NCBI GenBank assembly: GCA_007133565.1 | Contig: SLMM01000125.1 | Location: 6,716 to 70,715, forward strand | Direction: 5' to 3' | Source: Bacteroidales bacterium | GTDB taxonomy: Bacteria > Bacteroidota > Bacteroidia > Bacteroidales > PUMT01 | DNA: 64,000 bases | In this document: in pieces, positions 36,579 to 47,047 of the stretch | How the letters are laid out: every line of letters begins with the position of its first letter | How positions within the stretch are numbered: position 1 is the stretch's first letter | Position numbers and translations under genes: made by a program | Notes under the pieces: generated by a model | Seen by the model: the letters and a program-made list of their open reading frames with translations, nothing else | Told to the model about the DNA's origin: nothing | The model's database searches: none

Positions 36579-37134
36579 CCATATGATATTGCCGGTTTTT
36601 TTATACGGCTCTCCAGTGCTGCGAAAGGTTGCAACGGAGACCCCCGTAGGTTACCCGGGGCTTGAAGAGTTTATTTCGTCGCTTTTCGAAACCATGTACC
36701 AGAGTGACGGTGTAGGGCTTGCTGCACCGCAGGTTGGGAAATCGCTGAGAATATTTGTTATTGATGCTTCACCACTTGAAGAGGATGACCCTTCACTCAA
36801 AGACTTTAAAAAAGTTTTCATAAACCCTGAGATCATTTCCTATGAAGGTGATAAGAGTACATACAATGAGGGTTGCCTCAGTATACCCGATATAAGGGAG
36901 GACGTTGAAAGAGAGGCAGCAATCCGGATCCGGTATTGTGACACAAGTTTTGAATACCGTGAGGAGTACTACGAAGGCATTGCTGCCAGGATAATCCAAC
37001 ATGAATATGACCACCTTGAGGGAAAGCTGTTCACCGACCGTATTTCACCACTGAAGAAAAGGCTTCTGAGAAGAAAACTCACCTCAATAAGCAAGGGCAA
37101 GGTTGATGTGAAGTACCGTGTAAAACATCTCTGA
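36571..37134 (+). CDS. def: Peptide deformylase
   Basis: The three Def motifs are present: GLAAPQVG, EGCLSIP and QHEYDHLEG. The ATG at 36571 overlaps the ruvX stop, so translational coupling is possible. ATG 36583 is an alternative start. Confidence 0.9.
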   Translation: MSDHMILPVFLYGSPVLRKVATETPVGYPGLEEFISSLFETMYQSDGVGLAAPQVGKSLRIFVIDASPLEEDDPSLKDFKKVFINPEIISYEGDKSTYNEGCLSIPDIREDVEREAAIRIRYCDTSFEYREEYYEGIAARIIQHEYDHLEGKLFTDRISPLKKRLLRRKLTSISKGKVDVKYRVKHL

Positions 37135-37208
37135 TTTTTCCTTCTGCTGTTGATTTGCACTCCTGTTTTTACTAACTTTATTAAAGGGTGCACATCAAAC
37201 TATAACTT

Positions 37209-39344
37209 ATGGGGGTCCCTGTGATATTAAGGGGGATGCCGGTTTTACGCCTGCTTATTCCATTCTGCCTGGGCATTATTGTCCAGTACCACACCGGTTT
37301 GCCACCGCTGGTAACCCTTCCTGCAGTTGCCCTGAGTTTTATCCTGGCTGCCTCAATTAATCTGTCAGTCCTGGCCGGATGTCACAGAAGAAGTTGGTAT
37401 GGCGGGTGTGCGCTTGTATTTTTCATGTTTTGCTTTTCCGTTTCCCTTTCGGGGATCAAAACGCAAAGCAGAACCTTTATGGACCTGCCATACGGTGAAG
37501 GCGCCATTATTGCCCGCGTGGCCGGCACCCCTGATGAGAGGGACAGCTACTGGAGAGTTTTAATCGAACCGATAGGTTTCATAAGCCAGGGAGAGATGAG
37601 CCGGACTAAAGGCCGGGCAATAGCCTGGTTTGAAAAGGACAGCCTGGCAGGTGCTCCTGGTAGCGGAGACATGGTTATTCTCCCTAACCGTTTTGTTGCT
37701 TTGCGAAACTATGGCAATCCTTTTGAATTCGATTACAGCCGGTATATGTTTCATAAGGGATTCCGAGGTGTAACATGGGTACGGGAAGGCAACTGGTTTG
37801 TTACAGGAGAAGGTGGCGCCCCGGGTTTGCGCATCCGGGCCGGCAGGTTGAGGGAGCGCCTTCTGGATGTTTTGCATGACAGTGGTGTCAAAGACAAGGA
37901 ATATGCGGTGGCTGCAGCACTGATCCTGGGATACCGGGAGGGGCTTGACAGAGAGTTACGGGAAACATTTGCAGCATCGGGGGCAATGCACATCCTGGCG
38001 GTATCCGGACTACATGTTGGAATAATTTATATGGTGTTGGCCTGGTTACTCCGCTTTATGACAAAAACCAGAATCTTCAGGTTCATCAGGCCCCTGATAA
38101 TAATTTTCGTAATCTGGTTATATGCCTTGATTACCGGACTTTCGCCATCGGTTACGCGGTCGGCAACAATGTTTTCATTTGTTGCTGCAGGAGCTTCCAT
38201 TGGCAGAAATTCTGCGATCTTTAATACCCTTGCTTCTTCGGCCCTGTTTCAACTTCTGGTTAACCCCGGATTGCTATTTCTTGCAGGCTTCCAGCTATCC
38301 TATGCGGCAGTTGCAGGGATTGTCCTTTTCCAACCGGTCTTCTATTCACTTGGAAGGTTAAGGAACTGGTTTGCCGACAAAGTATGGGCTTTGCTTACAG
38401 TCTCGCTGTCAGCTCAGTTAACGATTTTCCCCCTCATAATCTATCATTTCAACAGTTTCCCAAATCTGTTCCTGGTAACAAACCTTTTTGCCGTACCCCT
38501 GGCTGTGGTTATTCTTTATAGCGGACTGGCATTTATGGCCTTGTCTTTCATGCCTCCTGTTGCTTCCCTGTTTGCCGTGATACTGAACTGCTCATTGTCC
38601 CTGCTTAACTTCATCACCGTATCGGTTGGTTCGCTTCCGTTCGCACAGACCGGCAATATACCTGTCACACTGACCACAGTAATTATACTGTACGGGATAT
38701 TGATAACGGGTTCATGTTTTTTTATTTACCGGAGGCCTGCACTCTTGCTTTTAGCATTGGCACTGGTGGTTGGGGGACTGGCCCTGAGGGCGGCAAACAA
38801 TTTCAGCCGGTCGCAGCAGAAGGTATTCATAGTATATAATGACAGCCGTAATTCACTTTACGGGTTTGTTTCAGGAAGGGAGAAGATTTTGGTCACAACC
38901 AGGGATGAGAATATGGAATATCGTGAATTACCCGTAGCAGCAGCTGCCACTTTACCCGGATTGGGCATATCAACTTACAGCATGGCTTTAAATGAAAAGT
39001 TTTTCAGCCTGAACGGTTCTTTTGAACACCACACCCCTCAGGTTAACGGGAGTTTTGTATATTTTGCCGGCAGGAGAATATTCTTTGCCCGTAACAGCGA
39101 GGTAGAAAAGGCCCGGTTAAGCGCCCCTGCAGAGATTGACGTACTGGTATTATCATCTGGATTTACCGGCTGTTTGGATTACATGCTGGATATAGTCAAA
39201 CCGTCAATTGTAGTTGTCGATTCCTCCAATAGCTACTTTCGCAGGGAGCAGGCTGCCGGTCTTTGCAGATCGAAGGGGTTGCCGTTTATTGATGTCGCGG
39301 TTTCAGGTGCCTATATATTATCAGCCGGGAAGGGCGGCTTATAA
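37209..39344 (+). CDS. ComEC/Rec2-family DNA internalisation-related membrane protein
   Basis: A polytopic protein with the competence-domain pattern (FAASGAMHILAVSGLHVGII, SVTRSATMFSF) and an N-terminal OB-like region. Confidence 0.8.
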   Translation: MGVPVILRGMPVLRLLIPFCLGIIVQYHTGLPPLVTLPAVALSFILAASINLSVLAGCHRRSWYGGCALVFFMFCFSVSLSGIKTQSRTFMDLPYGEGAIIARVAGTPDERDSYWRVLIEPIGFISQGEMSRTKGRAIAWFEKDSLAGAPGSGDMVILPNRFVALRNYGNPFEFDYSRYMFHKGFRGVTWVREGNWFVTGEGGAPGLRIRAGRLRERLLDVLHDSGVKDKEYAVAAALILGYREGLDRELRETFAASGAMHILAVSGLHVGIIYMVLAWLLRFMTKTRIFRFIRPLIIIFVIWLYALITGLSPSVTRSATMFSFVAAGASIGRNSAIFNTLASSALFQLLVNPGLLFLAGFQLSYAAVAGIVLFQPVFYSLGRLRNWFADKVWALLTVSLSAQLTIFPLIIYHFNSFPNLFLVTNLFAVPLAVVILYSGLAFMALSFMPPVASLFAVILNCSLSLLNFITVSVGSLPFAQTGNIPVTLTTVIILYGILITGSCFFIYRRPALLLLALALVVGGLALRAANNFSRSQQKVFIVYNDSRNSLYGFVSGREKILVTTRDENMEYRELPVAAAATLPGLGISTYSMALNEKFFSLNGSFEHHTPQVNGSFVYFAGRRIFFARNSEVEKARLSAPAEIDVLVLSSGFTGCLDYMLDIVKPSIVVVDSSNSYFRREQAAGLCRSKGLPFIDVAVSGAYILSAGKGGL

Positions 39345-39425
39345 TAATAAAATTCCGGAAGATAATAGCAGGATATGATATTTAGTTTCTACATTTGCAC
39401 GTTTTCTATTATAATTCTACTCTAA

Positions 39426-40766
39426 ATGAGAATTATTGTTGCAGGAGCGGGCGAAGTGGGAACCCATCTTGCGAAGATGCTCAGCAATGAAAAGCATGAA
39501 GTGGTTGTGATAGATCCCGATGAAGGAAAGACGGGTTTTATAGAGCAGAGTTTTGACCTGTTGACCGTAAGGGGATCGGCCACATCTTTTGAGATCCTTC
39601 GTAAAGCCGGTGCAGGTAAATGTGACCTTTTTATTGCTGTTGCACCGCTGGAGGATACAAATATCACTGCAGCAATCCTGGCCAGGAGGCTGGGAGCGAA
39701 AAGGACTATTGCAAGGATAGACAGCTCTGAGTATCTAACGGCCCGCAACAAGGAGCATTTCATATCGATGGGGATAGACTATCTTATTTACCCTGAGAGG
39801 ATAGTATCGCGGGAAATAATCACTCTTCTGAATAAAACATCCACGACCGATTTTGTCGATTATGCCGGCGGCAAACTTTCGATGTATGTGATTAAGCTCG
39901 AAGACAAAGCCCCCGTTATCAGTAAATCCCTCATTGATATTGCCAAAAAGAATATCAGGCTTGAATTCCGTGCTGTTGCAATAACAAGAAAAGGTGTTAC
40001 CATAATACCCAGGGGATGTGACCAGTTCCTGCCGGATGACCTTGTTTACGTCATTACCAGTCCGGCCGGAGTAAATGAGATAATGAAATATTCTGGGAAA
40101 GAGGACTTCAGGGTGCGGGATATGATGATCCTGGGCGGGAGCCGTACAGGTATAAGGACAGCAATGGATTTCGAGCATTCGTGTAATATCAAGCTTATAG
40201 AAATTGACAGGGAAAAGTGCAGCAGGATAAACGAATATGTTGACGATACTCTTGTTATACATGGTGACGGAAGGGATATTGACCTGCTGAGGGAGACCGG
40301 CATAGGCAATATGGATGCATTCATTGCTGTTACAGGCAGCTCAGAGGTTAACATATTATCCTGCCTGATGGCAAAGAAATTAGGAGTCAGGAAGGTTATT
40401 TGCGAGGTTGAGAATTTTGAGTACATATCACTGGCTGAGAATATGGGACTTGATACTATAATTAACAAGAAGGTTAGTACTGCCAGCAGGATCTTCCGTT
40501 TTACCATGGGTGATGTAGTGTCTTCAATCAAGTGCCTTACCGGCACAGATGCAGAAATTCTGGAATATGTAGCAAAACCCGGCAGTCTTATAACACAAGG
40601 GCCGGTTAAAAATCTTGATTTGCCGCGCGATGCTGTAATTGGGGGAGTTATAAGAGGCAAATCCAGCTTTATTGTCCACGGCAACACCCAGGTGAGGCCG
40701 GGGGATACGGTTATTGTCTTTGCACTTCCTTCTGCCATTTATAAGATTGGCAGGTATTTTAAATAG
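39426..40766 (+). CDS. trkA: Trk system potassium uptake protein TrkA (double RCK)
   Basis: There are two Rossmann/RCK_N repeats (IIVAGAGEVGTHLAKML and MMILGGSRTGIRTA), each followed by an RCK_C-like segment. Confidence 0.9.
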   Translation: MRIIVAGAGEVGTHLAKMLSNEKHEVVVIDPDEGKTGFIEQSFDLLTVRGSATSFEILRKAGAGKCDLFIAVAPLEDTNITAAILARRLGAKRTIARIDSSEYLTARNKEHFISMGIDYLIYPERIVSREIITLLNKTSTTDFVDYAGGKLSMYVIKLEDKAPVISKSLIDIAKKNIRLEFRAVAITRKGVTIIPRGCDQFLPDDLVYVITSPAGVNEIMKYSGKEDFRVRDMMILGGSRTGIRTAMDFEHSCNIKLIEIDREKCSRINEYVDDTLVIHGDGRDIDLLRETGIGNMDAFIAVTGSSEVNILSCLMAKKLGVRKVICEVENFEYISLAENMGLDTIINKKVSTASRIFRFTMGDVVSSIKCLTGTDAEILEYVAKPGSLITQGPVKNLDLPRDAVIGGVIRGKSSFIVHGNTQVRPGDTVIVFALPSAIYKIGRYFK

Positions 40767-40768
40767 GC

Positions 40769-42217
40769 ATGATCAATTTTGGGCGGGCGTTTAATATAAT
40801 TGGACGCCTGGTAATTATAGAGGGATTATTTATTACGTTATGTATACCGGTTGCTGCATATCATGGAGATGGCGGGTTAACGGCCTTGTGCATAACGGCG
40901 GTTGCCCTCTTCGCCACAGGGGTTACCCTATGGTTTGTCACCAGGATGGCAGAAAGGTCAATCGGGAAAAGGGAGGCATTTATTATCGTCAGCCTGGTAT
41001 GGATCATATTCTCACTATTCGGAGCACTTCCTTTCTGGCTTAGCGGAGCCGTCCCCTCCTTTACTGATGCCTTTTTTGAAACAATATCGGGGTTTACCAC
41101 TACAGGGTCTTCTGTACTGGATGACATCGAGTCTATACCAAAGGGGTTGCTGCTATGGCGCAGCATGACCCAGTGGATGGGTGGCATGGGTATTATAGTG
41201 CTGTCGCTGGCAATTCTGCCGGTCCTTGGTATCGGAGGCATGCAGCTCTTTGTTGCCGAAGTTCCCGGCCCGACCAAGGAGAAGGTCCATCCCCGGGTGA
41301 TGCAGACTGCGCAACGCCTCTGGGGCATATATATCATCCTTACCCTGATCCAGGTGATACTCCTTTACCTTGGAGATATGACCATCTTTGATTCAGTCTG
41401 CCATTCGTTCACCACCATGGCAACGGGCGGCTATTCGACAAAGCAGGCAAGTATAGCATATTTTGATTCTGCTTATATACAATATGTTATAACGTTGTTT
41501 ATGTTCCTGGCAGGTACAAGCTTTGTCCTTTCATATTTTGCCATGCACCTCAGGTTAAATAAGGTATGGAAAAATGAGGAGTTCAGGTTTTACCTGGGGC
41601 TCATTGCACTTTTTACGGGCATTATCACGGCAGGGCTTATACTGTCAGGAAATGTACCAGCAGAAGATGCTTTCAGAGCAGCGGTATTCCAGGTGGTATC
41701 CATAATTACCACTACAGGGTTCGTTACATTCGACTACCTTATGTGGGCGCCGGCCCTGTCGATACTTGTTTTTGTCATGATGTTTTTAGGTGGTTGTGCC
41801 GGATCGACCGGAGGCGGAATAAAGATAATCAGGGTGCTTCTCGTAGTTAAAAACTCATACCTGGAGATAAGGCGCCTGATCTATCCGTCGGCGGTGATAC
41901 CCGTAAAGCTTGATAACCGGCCAGTTTCGCAGCACATAGTAGGCAACGTGCTCGCTTTTGTATTTATTTATGTGCTTATCACGATTATTTCGGTTGCTGT
42001 GATTGCATCAATGGGATATGACATGGATACTTCATTTGGGGCAGCTGCGTCAACCCTGGGCAATATCGGGCCGGGGATGGGACTTGTGGGGCCGGCTCAT
42101 AACTATGCACATTTTCCCGTTTTTGGAAAATGGTTCCTTTCCCTGCTTATGCTGCTGGGCAGACTTGAGCTGTTCACTTTGCTTGTATTGTGTGCCCCGT
42201 CATTCTGGAGGAAGTAG
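40769..42217 (+). CDS. trkH: TrkH-family potassium transporter
   Basis: A polytopic membrane protein with the repeated pore-loop pattern (SGFTTTGSS, MATGGYST, TTTGF, GSTGGGIK). Its start lies 2 nt after the trkA stop. Confidence 0.9.
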   Translation: MINFGRAFNIIGRLVIIEGLFITLCIPVAAYHGDGGLTALCITAVALFATGVTLWFVTRMAERSIGKREAFIIVSLVWIIFSLFGALPFWLSGAVPSFTDAFFETISGFTTTGSSVLDDIESIPKGLLLWRSMTQWMGGMGIIVLSLAILPVLGIGGMQLFVAEVPGPTKEKVHPRVMQTAQRLWGIYIILTLIQVILLYLGDMTIFDSVCHSFTTMATGGYSTKQASIAYFDSAYIQYVITLFMFLAGTSFVLSYFAMHLRLNKVWKNEEFRFYLGLIALFTGIITAGLILSGNVPAEDAFRAAVFQVVSIITTTGFVTFDYLMWAPALSILVFVMMFLGGCAGSTGGGIKIIRVLLVVKNSYLEIRRLIYPSAVIPVKLDNRPVSQHIVGNVLAFVFIYVLITIISVAVIASMGYDMDTSFGAAASTLGNIGPGMGLVGPAHNYAHFPVFGKWFLSLLMLLGRLELFTLLVLCAPSFWRK

Positions 42218-42234
42218 AGTCCTGCTACTTGTTG

Positions 42235-42855
42235 TCAAAGCTTTAATTCGCCACGTCCCTGTCTGACTATAAGGGGGTCGTTGCTTGTACAGTCCACTAC
42301 GGTGGAGGGTATGTTTTTGCCGTATCCCCCGTCTATTACCACATCGACCAGAAGCTTATATTTTTCGTGGATCAGTTCCGGATCGGTCGTATATTCGAGT
42401 ACCTCATCCTCATCATGAATTGAAGTGGTAAGTATGGGGCGCCCCAATTGCCTGACAATCTCAATAATAATGTTATTTTCGGGTATCCTGATACCTACCG
42501 TCTTCTTTTTGTTCTTGAATAATTTTGGTACGTTATTGCTGGCCGGCAGAATAAAAGTGAAAGGCCCGGGCAGGTTTTTCTTCAAAAGCTTGAAGTGTGA
42601 TCCTGCTATCGGTTTTGTATATTCTGACAGGTGCGAAAAATCATGACAAATAAAGGAGAAATCTGCATTCCTGAGTTTCAACCCCTTGATTCTTGCCACC
42701 TTTTCTACGGCCCGGGCGTTGTAAATGTCGCATCCCATACCGTATACCGTATCGGTTGGATAAATAATCACCCCGCCATCATTGAGTATATCGACAACCT
42801 TCCCGATCGATCTGGCGCTTGGGTTTGCAGGATGGATCTTCAGAAGCATGCTCAT
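42235..42855 (-). CDS. tsaC: L-threonylcarbamoyladenylate synthase (YrdC/TsaC type)
   Basis: GGVIIYPTDTVYGMGCD is the YrdC-domain signature, and the 206-aa size fits. Confidence 0.85.
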   Translation of the reverse strand: MSMLLKIHPANPSARSIGKVVDILNDGGVIIYPTDTVYGMGCDIYNARAVEKVARIKGLKLRNADFSFICHDFSHLSEYTKPIAGSHFKLLKKNLPGPFTFILPASNNVPKLFKNKKKTVGIRIPENNIIIEIVRQLGRPILTTSIHDEDEVLEYTTDPELIHEKYKLLVDVVIDGGYGKNIPSTVVDCTSNDPLIVRQGRGELKL

Positions 42856-42867
42856 ACCGCGACAGTT

Positions 42868-43524
42868 TTATTTGTTTAATTTTTTATGGTCTGCCAGGAA
42901 TTTTTCCAGTCCGGCATCGGTCAGAGGATGGTTTAGAAGCCCGGTTATGGCGCTGAGGGGACATGTAGCCACGTCGGCCCCGGCCTCCATACATCTAAGG
43001 ATGTGATTGTTGTTCCTGATCGAAGCCGCTATTATCTCAGTCTCTATATCATACTGGTCAAATATGTGAACGATCTGGTATATCAGCTCCATACCGTCCT
43101 GCCCTGTATCATCAAGTCTTCCGATGAAGGGCGAAACATATGATGCTCCGGCCTTTGCGGCCAGCAAAGCCTGCCCGGCATTGAATATCAGTGTGCAATT
43201 TGTTCTTATGCCTTTTTTTGCAAGATGTTTGATCGCTTTTATGCCTTCGGAAATTACAGGTATTTTTACAACTATCTGCTTATGAAGGGAGGCAAGTTTT
43301 TCACCTTCGGCAATCATGCCTTCAAACCTGGTTGAAATGACCTCGGCGCTTACGTCACCATCAACAATTTCGCAGATCCTGGTATAATGGTCCAGTATAT
43401 TTTTCTCACCTGTTATGCCCTCCCTGGCCATTAATGACGGGTTGGTAGTAACACCATCGATAATACCCATATCCTGTGCTGTTCTGATCTGTTCAAGGTT
43501 GGCTGTATCAAGAAAAAATTTCAT
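42868..43524 (-). CDS. fsa: Fructose-6-phosphate aldolase / short transaldolase (family 3B)
   Basis: MKFFLDTANLEQI, GVTTNPSL and the active-site region VVKIP are present in a 218-aa protein. Confidence 0.9.
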   Translation of the reverse strand: MKFFLDTANLEQIRTAQDMGIIDGVTTNPSLMAREGITGEKNILDHYTRICEIVDGDVSAEVISTRFEGMIAEGEKLASLHKQIVVKIPVISEGIKAIKHLAKKGIRTNCTLIFNAGQALLAAKAGASYVSPFIGRLDDTGQDGMELIYQIVHIFDQYDIETEIIAASIRNNNHILRCMEAGADVATCPLSAITGLLNHPLTDAGLEKFLADHKKLNK

Positions 43525-43554
43525 AAATCTGATATTAAAGGGTTAATAAAAAGT

Positions 43555-43651
43555 GGGTAAGCTACTTATATCGCGCCGCTACAACCGTCTACCCTTGCTT
43601 CCTTCCGGACCTGGGGGAGTTCAACGGGAGCTGGCCGTATAAGACTTACCC
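43555..43651 (-). ncRNA. ffs: Signal recognition particle RNA (small, 4.5S type)
   Basis: The reverse strand reads GGGTAAGTCTT...CCCCCAGGTCCGGAAGGAAGCAAGGGTAG...AAGTAGCTTACCC. It contains the conserved domain IV motif AGGTCCGGAAGGAAGCA, and the ends pair (GGGTAAG/CTTACCC). Length is 97 nt. Confidence 0.85.
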
Positions 43652-43655
43652 GGTA

Positions 43656-43663
43656 CAAAGATA
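43656..43663 (-). promoter_or_regulatory. -7 box TATCTTTG for the SRP RNA
   Basis: The reverse complement of CAAAGATA ends 4 nt upstream of the predicted 5-prime G of the SRP RNA. Confidence 0.45.
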
Positions 43664-43833
43664 CTAAAAACAGCGGTTTTTTTGCAATTATATTCGCTTC
43701 TCTAAAGGAAAAAACCAATATATTTGCTGATACCCGCTTCAGATTAGGGTTAATGCATTTTAAAGATGTAATCGGGAAGATCCGGTCCGTTTATTTAAAT
43801 TCATACTAACTTTTTAAAAAATTAGGTTCAATC

Positions 43834-44370
43834 ATGGAAGAGGAAAAAAAGACATCACTGCTCAGGAGTACCATGAATTATGGTGCTATGCTGGGCCTGG
43901 CCCTGATAATCTACACCCTGCTGTTATGGATGCTGGACAAGACAGGGCATACCGGACTGGGGCTTGTTTCTTATCTCATAATGATAGTGGGTATCGTTCT
44001 GGCAACCAAGTCATTCAGGGATCAGGAATCCGGTGGTTTCATAAGTTACGGCCGTGCCCTCGGCGTAGGTACGCTTACCTGTGTATTTGCAGGAATAATA
44101 ACCTCTTTTTTTACCTACCTCCTTTTTACGGTAATTGATCCGGGCCTGATGGATAAAACATATCTGATGATGGAAGAAGCATACTATGATGCCGGGATGA
44201 CCGACAGTCAGATAGAGGTTGCAATGGATATGGCAAAGAGGTTTACAAATCCCGTTATGATGGCTGTTTTCGGGGTTTTTGGCAGTGCATTCATGGGTTT
44301 TATCTTTTCGCTTATCACATCAATTTTTCTGAAGAGGGAGGCTGATCCTTTTGAATCAGATGTTGTATAG
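43834..44370 (+). CDS. DUF4199-like membrane protein
   Basis: Four TM segments with a pattern I associate with Bacteroidota DUF4199 (NYGAMLGLALIIYTLLLW, GGFISYGRALGVG). It sits upstream of a GT2 gene, as is usual. Confidence 0.55.
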   Translation: MEEEKKTSLLRSTMNYGAMLGLALIIYTLLLWMLDKTGHTGLGLVSYLIMIVGIVLATKSFRDQESGGFISYGRALGVGTLTCVFAGIITSFFTYLLFTVIDPGLMDKTYLMMEEAYYDAGMTDSQIEVAMDMAKRFTNPVMMAVFGVFGSAFMGFIFSLITSIFLKREADPFESDVV

Positions 44371-44388
44371 CTCTTTTTATTAGTTTTT

Positions 44389-45342
44389 ATGGACGTTTCT
44401 GTTGTCATACCACTTTATAACGAGGAGGATTCTCTGCCGGAACTTGTGGAGTGGATATCCGGTGTGATGAAACGAAATTCCCTGTCATTTGAAATTATTC
44501 TTATTGATGACGGAAGTGAGGATAGTTCCTGGGATGCAATAAAGCAGATATCTCAGGCAAATAAGTCGGTAAGGGCGCTTAAGTTCAGGCGTAACTACGG
44601 CAAATCGGCTGCACTGTATTCAGGTTTCGGGATTGCCGCAGGCAATGTTGTCGTAACCATGGATGCCGATATGCAGGATGATCCCTGTGAAATTCCCGAG
44701 CTATGCAGAATGATCAATGAAGACGGATACGACATGGTTTCCGGCTGGAAAAAGAAAAGAAATGATCCGCCCGGCAAAAGGATACCAAGCCGGTTTTTTA
44801 ATTTTACTGCAAGGGTGGTGACCGGAATAAAGCTGCACGATTTTAATTGCGGACTTAAGGCGTACCGCAAAGAGGTGGTGAAAAACATTGAGGTATACGG
44901 AGAGATGCACCGATACATACCCATGATCGTAAAAGATGCCGGCTTTACAAACATAGGGGAGAAGGTGGTGCTGCACCATGCAAGAAAGTACGGGTCTACC
45001 AAGTTCGGGATGGAGAGGTTCATCAAGGGGTTTCTTGACCTGCTGTCTCTCTCATTCGTGTCGAGGTTCGGAAAGAGGCCTATGCATCTTTTCGGTACCC
45101 TGGGAACACTTATGTTCATTGTTGGTTTTGTTGCCGCGGTTTACCTTGGCAGCATGAAACTGATACAGCTCAGCAAGGGGATACGGACTGCGCTGGTTAC
45201 TGACAGTCCCTATTTCTATCTTTCTCTTACCGCAATGATCCTTGGAACCCAGCTTTTTCTTGCTGGCTTTATCGGAGAGATGATAGCAAGGAATTCTCCT
45301 TTCAGGAACTCATATGAAATTGAAAACAGGATAAATGTATAG
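44389..45342 (+). CDS. Family 2 glycosyltransferase, polyprenyl-phosphate sugar transferase type, with two C-terminal TM helices
   Basis: Motifs VVIPLYNEE, LIDDGSED and the DxD motif in TMDADMQDDP are present, together with C-terminal TM helices. Confidence 0.85.
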   Translation: MDVSVVIPLYNEEDSLPELVEWISGVMKRNSLSFEIILIDDGSEDSSWDAIKQISQANKSVRALKFRRNYGKSAALYSGFGIAAGNVVVTMDADMQDDPCEIPELCRMINEDGYDMVSGWKKKRNDPPGKRIPSRFFNFTARVVTGIKLHDFNCGLKAYRKEVVKNIEVYGEMHRYIPMIVKDAGFTNIGEKVVLHHARKYGSTKFGMERFIKGFLDLLSLSFVSRFGKRPMHLFGTLGTLMFIVGFVAAVYLGSMKLIQLSKGIRTALVTDSPYFYLSLTAMILGTQLFLAGFIGEMIARNSPFRNSYEIENRINV

Positions 45343-45345
45343 ACC

Positions 45346-46494
45346 TTGAAGGTACTTCTTGTCGGGCCTGCCTCACCCTATCGCGGTGGAATTGCAAATT
45401 TCAATGATTCGCTGTATGCAGCCATGGATAAAGATCATGATCCCTATATCATAAATTATTCATTGCTATATCCTTCGTTGTTTTTTCCGGGCAGGTCGCA
45501 ATATGAAAAAGGTGCACCATTGAGCGGTGCAAGATCGATAAAGATCATCAACTCTGTTAATTTTTTCAGCTGGAGAAAGACTGCTGAAAAGATAGCAGAT
45601 ATGTCGCCCGACCTTTTAGTGGTGCACTATTGGCTGCCTTTTTTTGCTCCTGCCCTCGGCAGTATAATAAGGAGGGTGAAAAGGAGATTGGATATCCCTG
45701 TTGTCGGGTTGCTGCATAATGTAGAGCCGCATGAAGGGATGCTTGCAAGTAAAAGACTTAACAGATATTTTCTGAGATCCTGCGACGGTTTTATAACAAT
45801 GTCTTCTGTTGTAATGAAAGACCTCGAAAAAACCGGAATTAATAAGCCTGTCAAACAAGTGCCGCATCCCGTATACGAGATATTTGGCGAACCTGTCTCG
45901 AGGGAGTTTGCCTGTGACAATCTGGGACTGGAACCGGACCGGAAGCACTTGCTTTTCTTTGGTATAATAAGGAGCTATAAAGGACTGGACCTGCTGCTTG
46001 AAACGCTTGCAAACCCTCGTATAGCGCATCTCGACCTTAAGCTTCTTGTTGCAGGTGAGTTTTATGATGATGAAGGAAAGTACCTTAACCTGGTTGAAAA
46101 ACTTGACCTTGAAAAAAAGATCATGTTTACCAACAGCTTTGTTCCAAAGGAGGAGGTGTCCTGGTACTTCGCGGCATCAGACCTGGTTGTACTGCCATAT
46201 CTTTCGGCTACCCAGAGTGGTGTTACCCAGATAGCATACAACTTCGACAAACCAATGCTGGTGACCAACGTAGGGGGGCTGAGAGATGTGGTGAAACACG
46301 GGCGTGTAGGCTACGTATGTGAAAAAGACCCCGATGAAATAGCTTCGGCAATAGCCGATTTCTTTGACAACAATCGTGCGGGTGAATTCACAGGCAACAT
46401 AAAAACGGAGAAGCAGAATTTTTCATGGGAGGCTATGGTTTGCGGCATTGAGGAACTGGCCTCCCTCACAGGCAAAATGCAACACCGGCCTTAA
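45346..46494 (+). CDS. GT-B glycosyltransferase (GT4 / Glycos_transf_1-like)
   Basis: The C-terminal half has the pattern LLVAGEFYDDE...ASDLVVLPY...QSGV...A..F.KP.LVTNVGGL. The start is a TTG 3 nt after the GT2 stop. Confidence 0.75.
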   Translation: MKVLLVGPASPYRGGIANFNDSLYAAMDKDHDPYIINYSLLYPSLFFPGRSQYEKGAPLSGARSIKIINSVNFFSWRKTAEKIADMSPDLLVVHYWLPFFAPALGSIIRRVKRRLDIPVVGLLHNVEPHEGMLASKRLNRYFLRSCDGFITMSSVVMKDLEKTGINKPVKQVPHPVYEIFGEPVSREFACDNLGLEPDRKHLLFFGIIRSYKGLDLLLETLANPRIAHLDLKLLVAGEFYDDEGKYLNLVEKLDLEKKIMFTNSFVPKEEVSWYFAASDLVVLPYLSATQSGVTQIAYNFDKPMLVTNVGGLRDVVKHGRVGYVCEKDPDEIASAIADFFDNNRAGEFTGNIKTEKQNFSWEAMVCGIEELASLTGKMQHRP

Positions 46495-46541
46495 CCGGTA
46501 TGCCAGGGCCTGAGAGGGTACAATTACGATCATCTGCCGGG

Positions 46542-47012
46542 TCACCTGCAATGCTGCTCCTTTAACATCTTCGCCACGAAACGGTCAACAGGAAATGTAA
46601 GGTCTTCTGGTTCAATACTGCAGATCTTTTTCCATCTGAATGAAATACTTCCTTCCTGTTTTTCCGGAAAATCATATAATTTCCCGGAAACCGCAAATTT
46701 AATCCTGCCTTTGGGTGTAATCAGGTAGTATATACTAATGAGCTGTTTTTCTTCATGAAACAAGGCTTTCTGGTAGAAACCCGTAGTATAGAAATGCTGA
46801 ATGATTTCAACTTCCTGTCCAAGTTCTTCCAGTGCTTCACGGTGAAGGCAGTCCTCCGGGCCCTCACCGTATTTCATTCCCCCCCCGGGAAATTTTGTCA
46901 TCAGCATGCCGAACCGGTATTCATCACTCAGCAGAACCTCTTTTTTGTCATTTATCATGATCCCGTAGATCCTTATGATAAACCCTCCATGATCGTTAGT
47001 ATAAAAATCCAT
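46542..47012 (-). CDS. NUDIX hydrolase
   Basis: The Nudix box GGGMKYGEGPEDCLHREALEELGQE is present. The start was refined to the ATG (complement of 47010-47012), which removes the 49-nt overlap with miaA implied by the track ORF. Confidence 0.75.
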   Translation of the reverse strand: MDFYTNDHGGFIIRIYGIMINDKKEVLLSDEYRFGMLMTKFPGGGMKYGEGPEDCLHREALEELGQEVEIIQHFYTTGFYQKALFHEEKQLISIYYLITPKGRIKFAVSGKLYDFPEKQEGSISFRWKKICSIEPEDLTFPVDRFVAKMLKEQHCR

Positions 47013-47047
47013 ATATTGATGGTTAATGATTTTTGGGGTTACCCATC

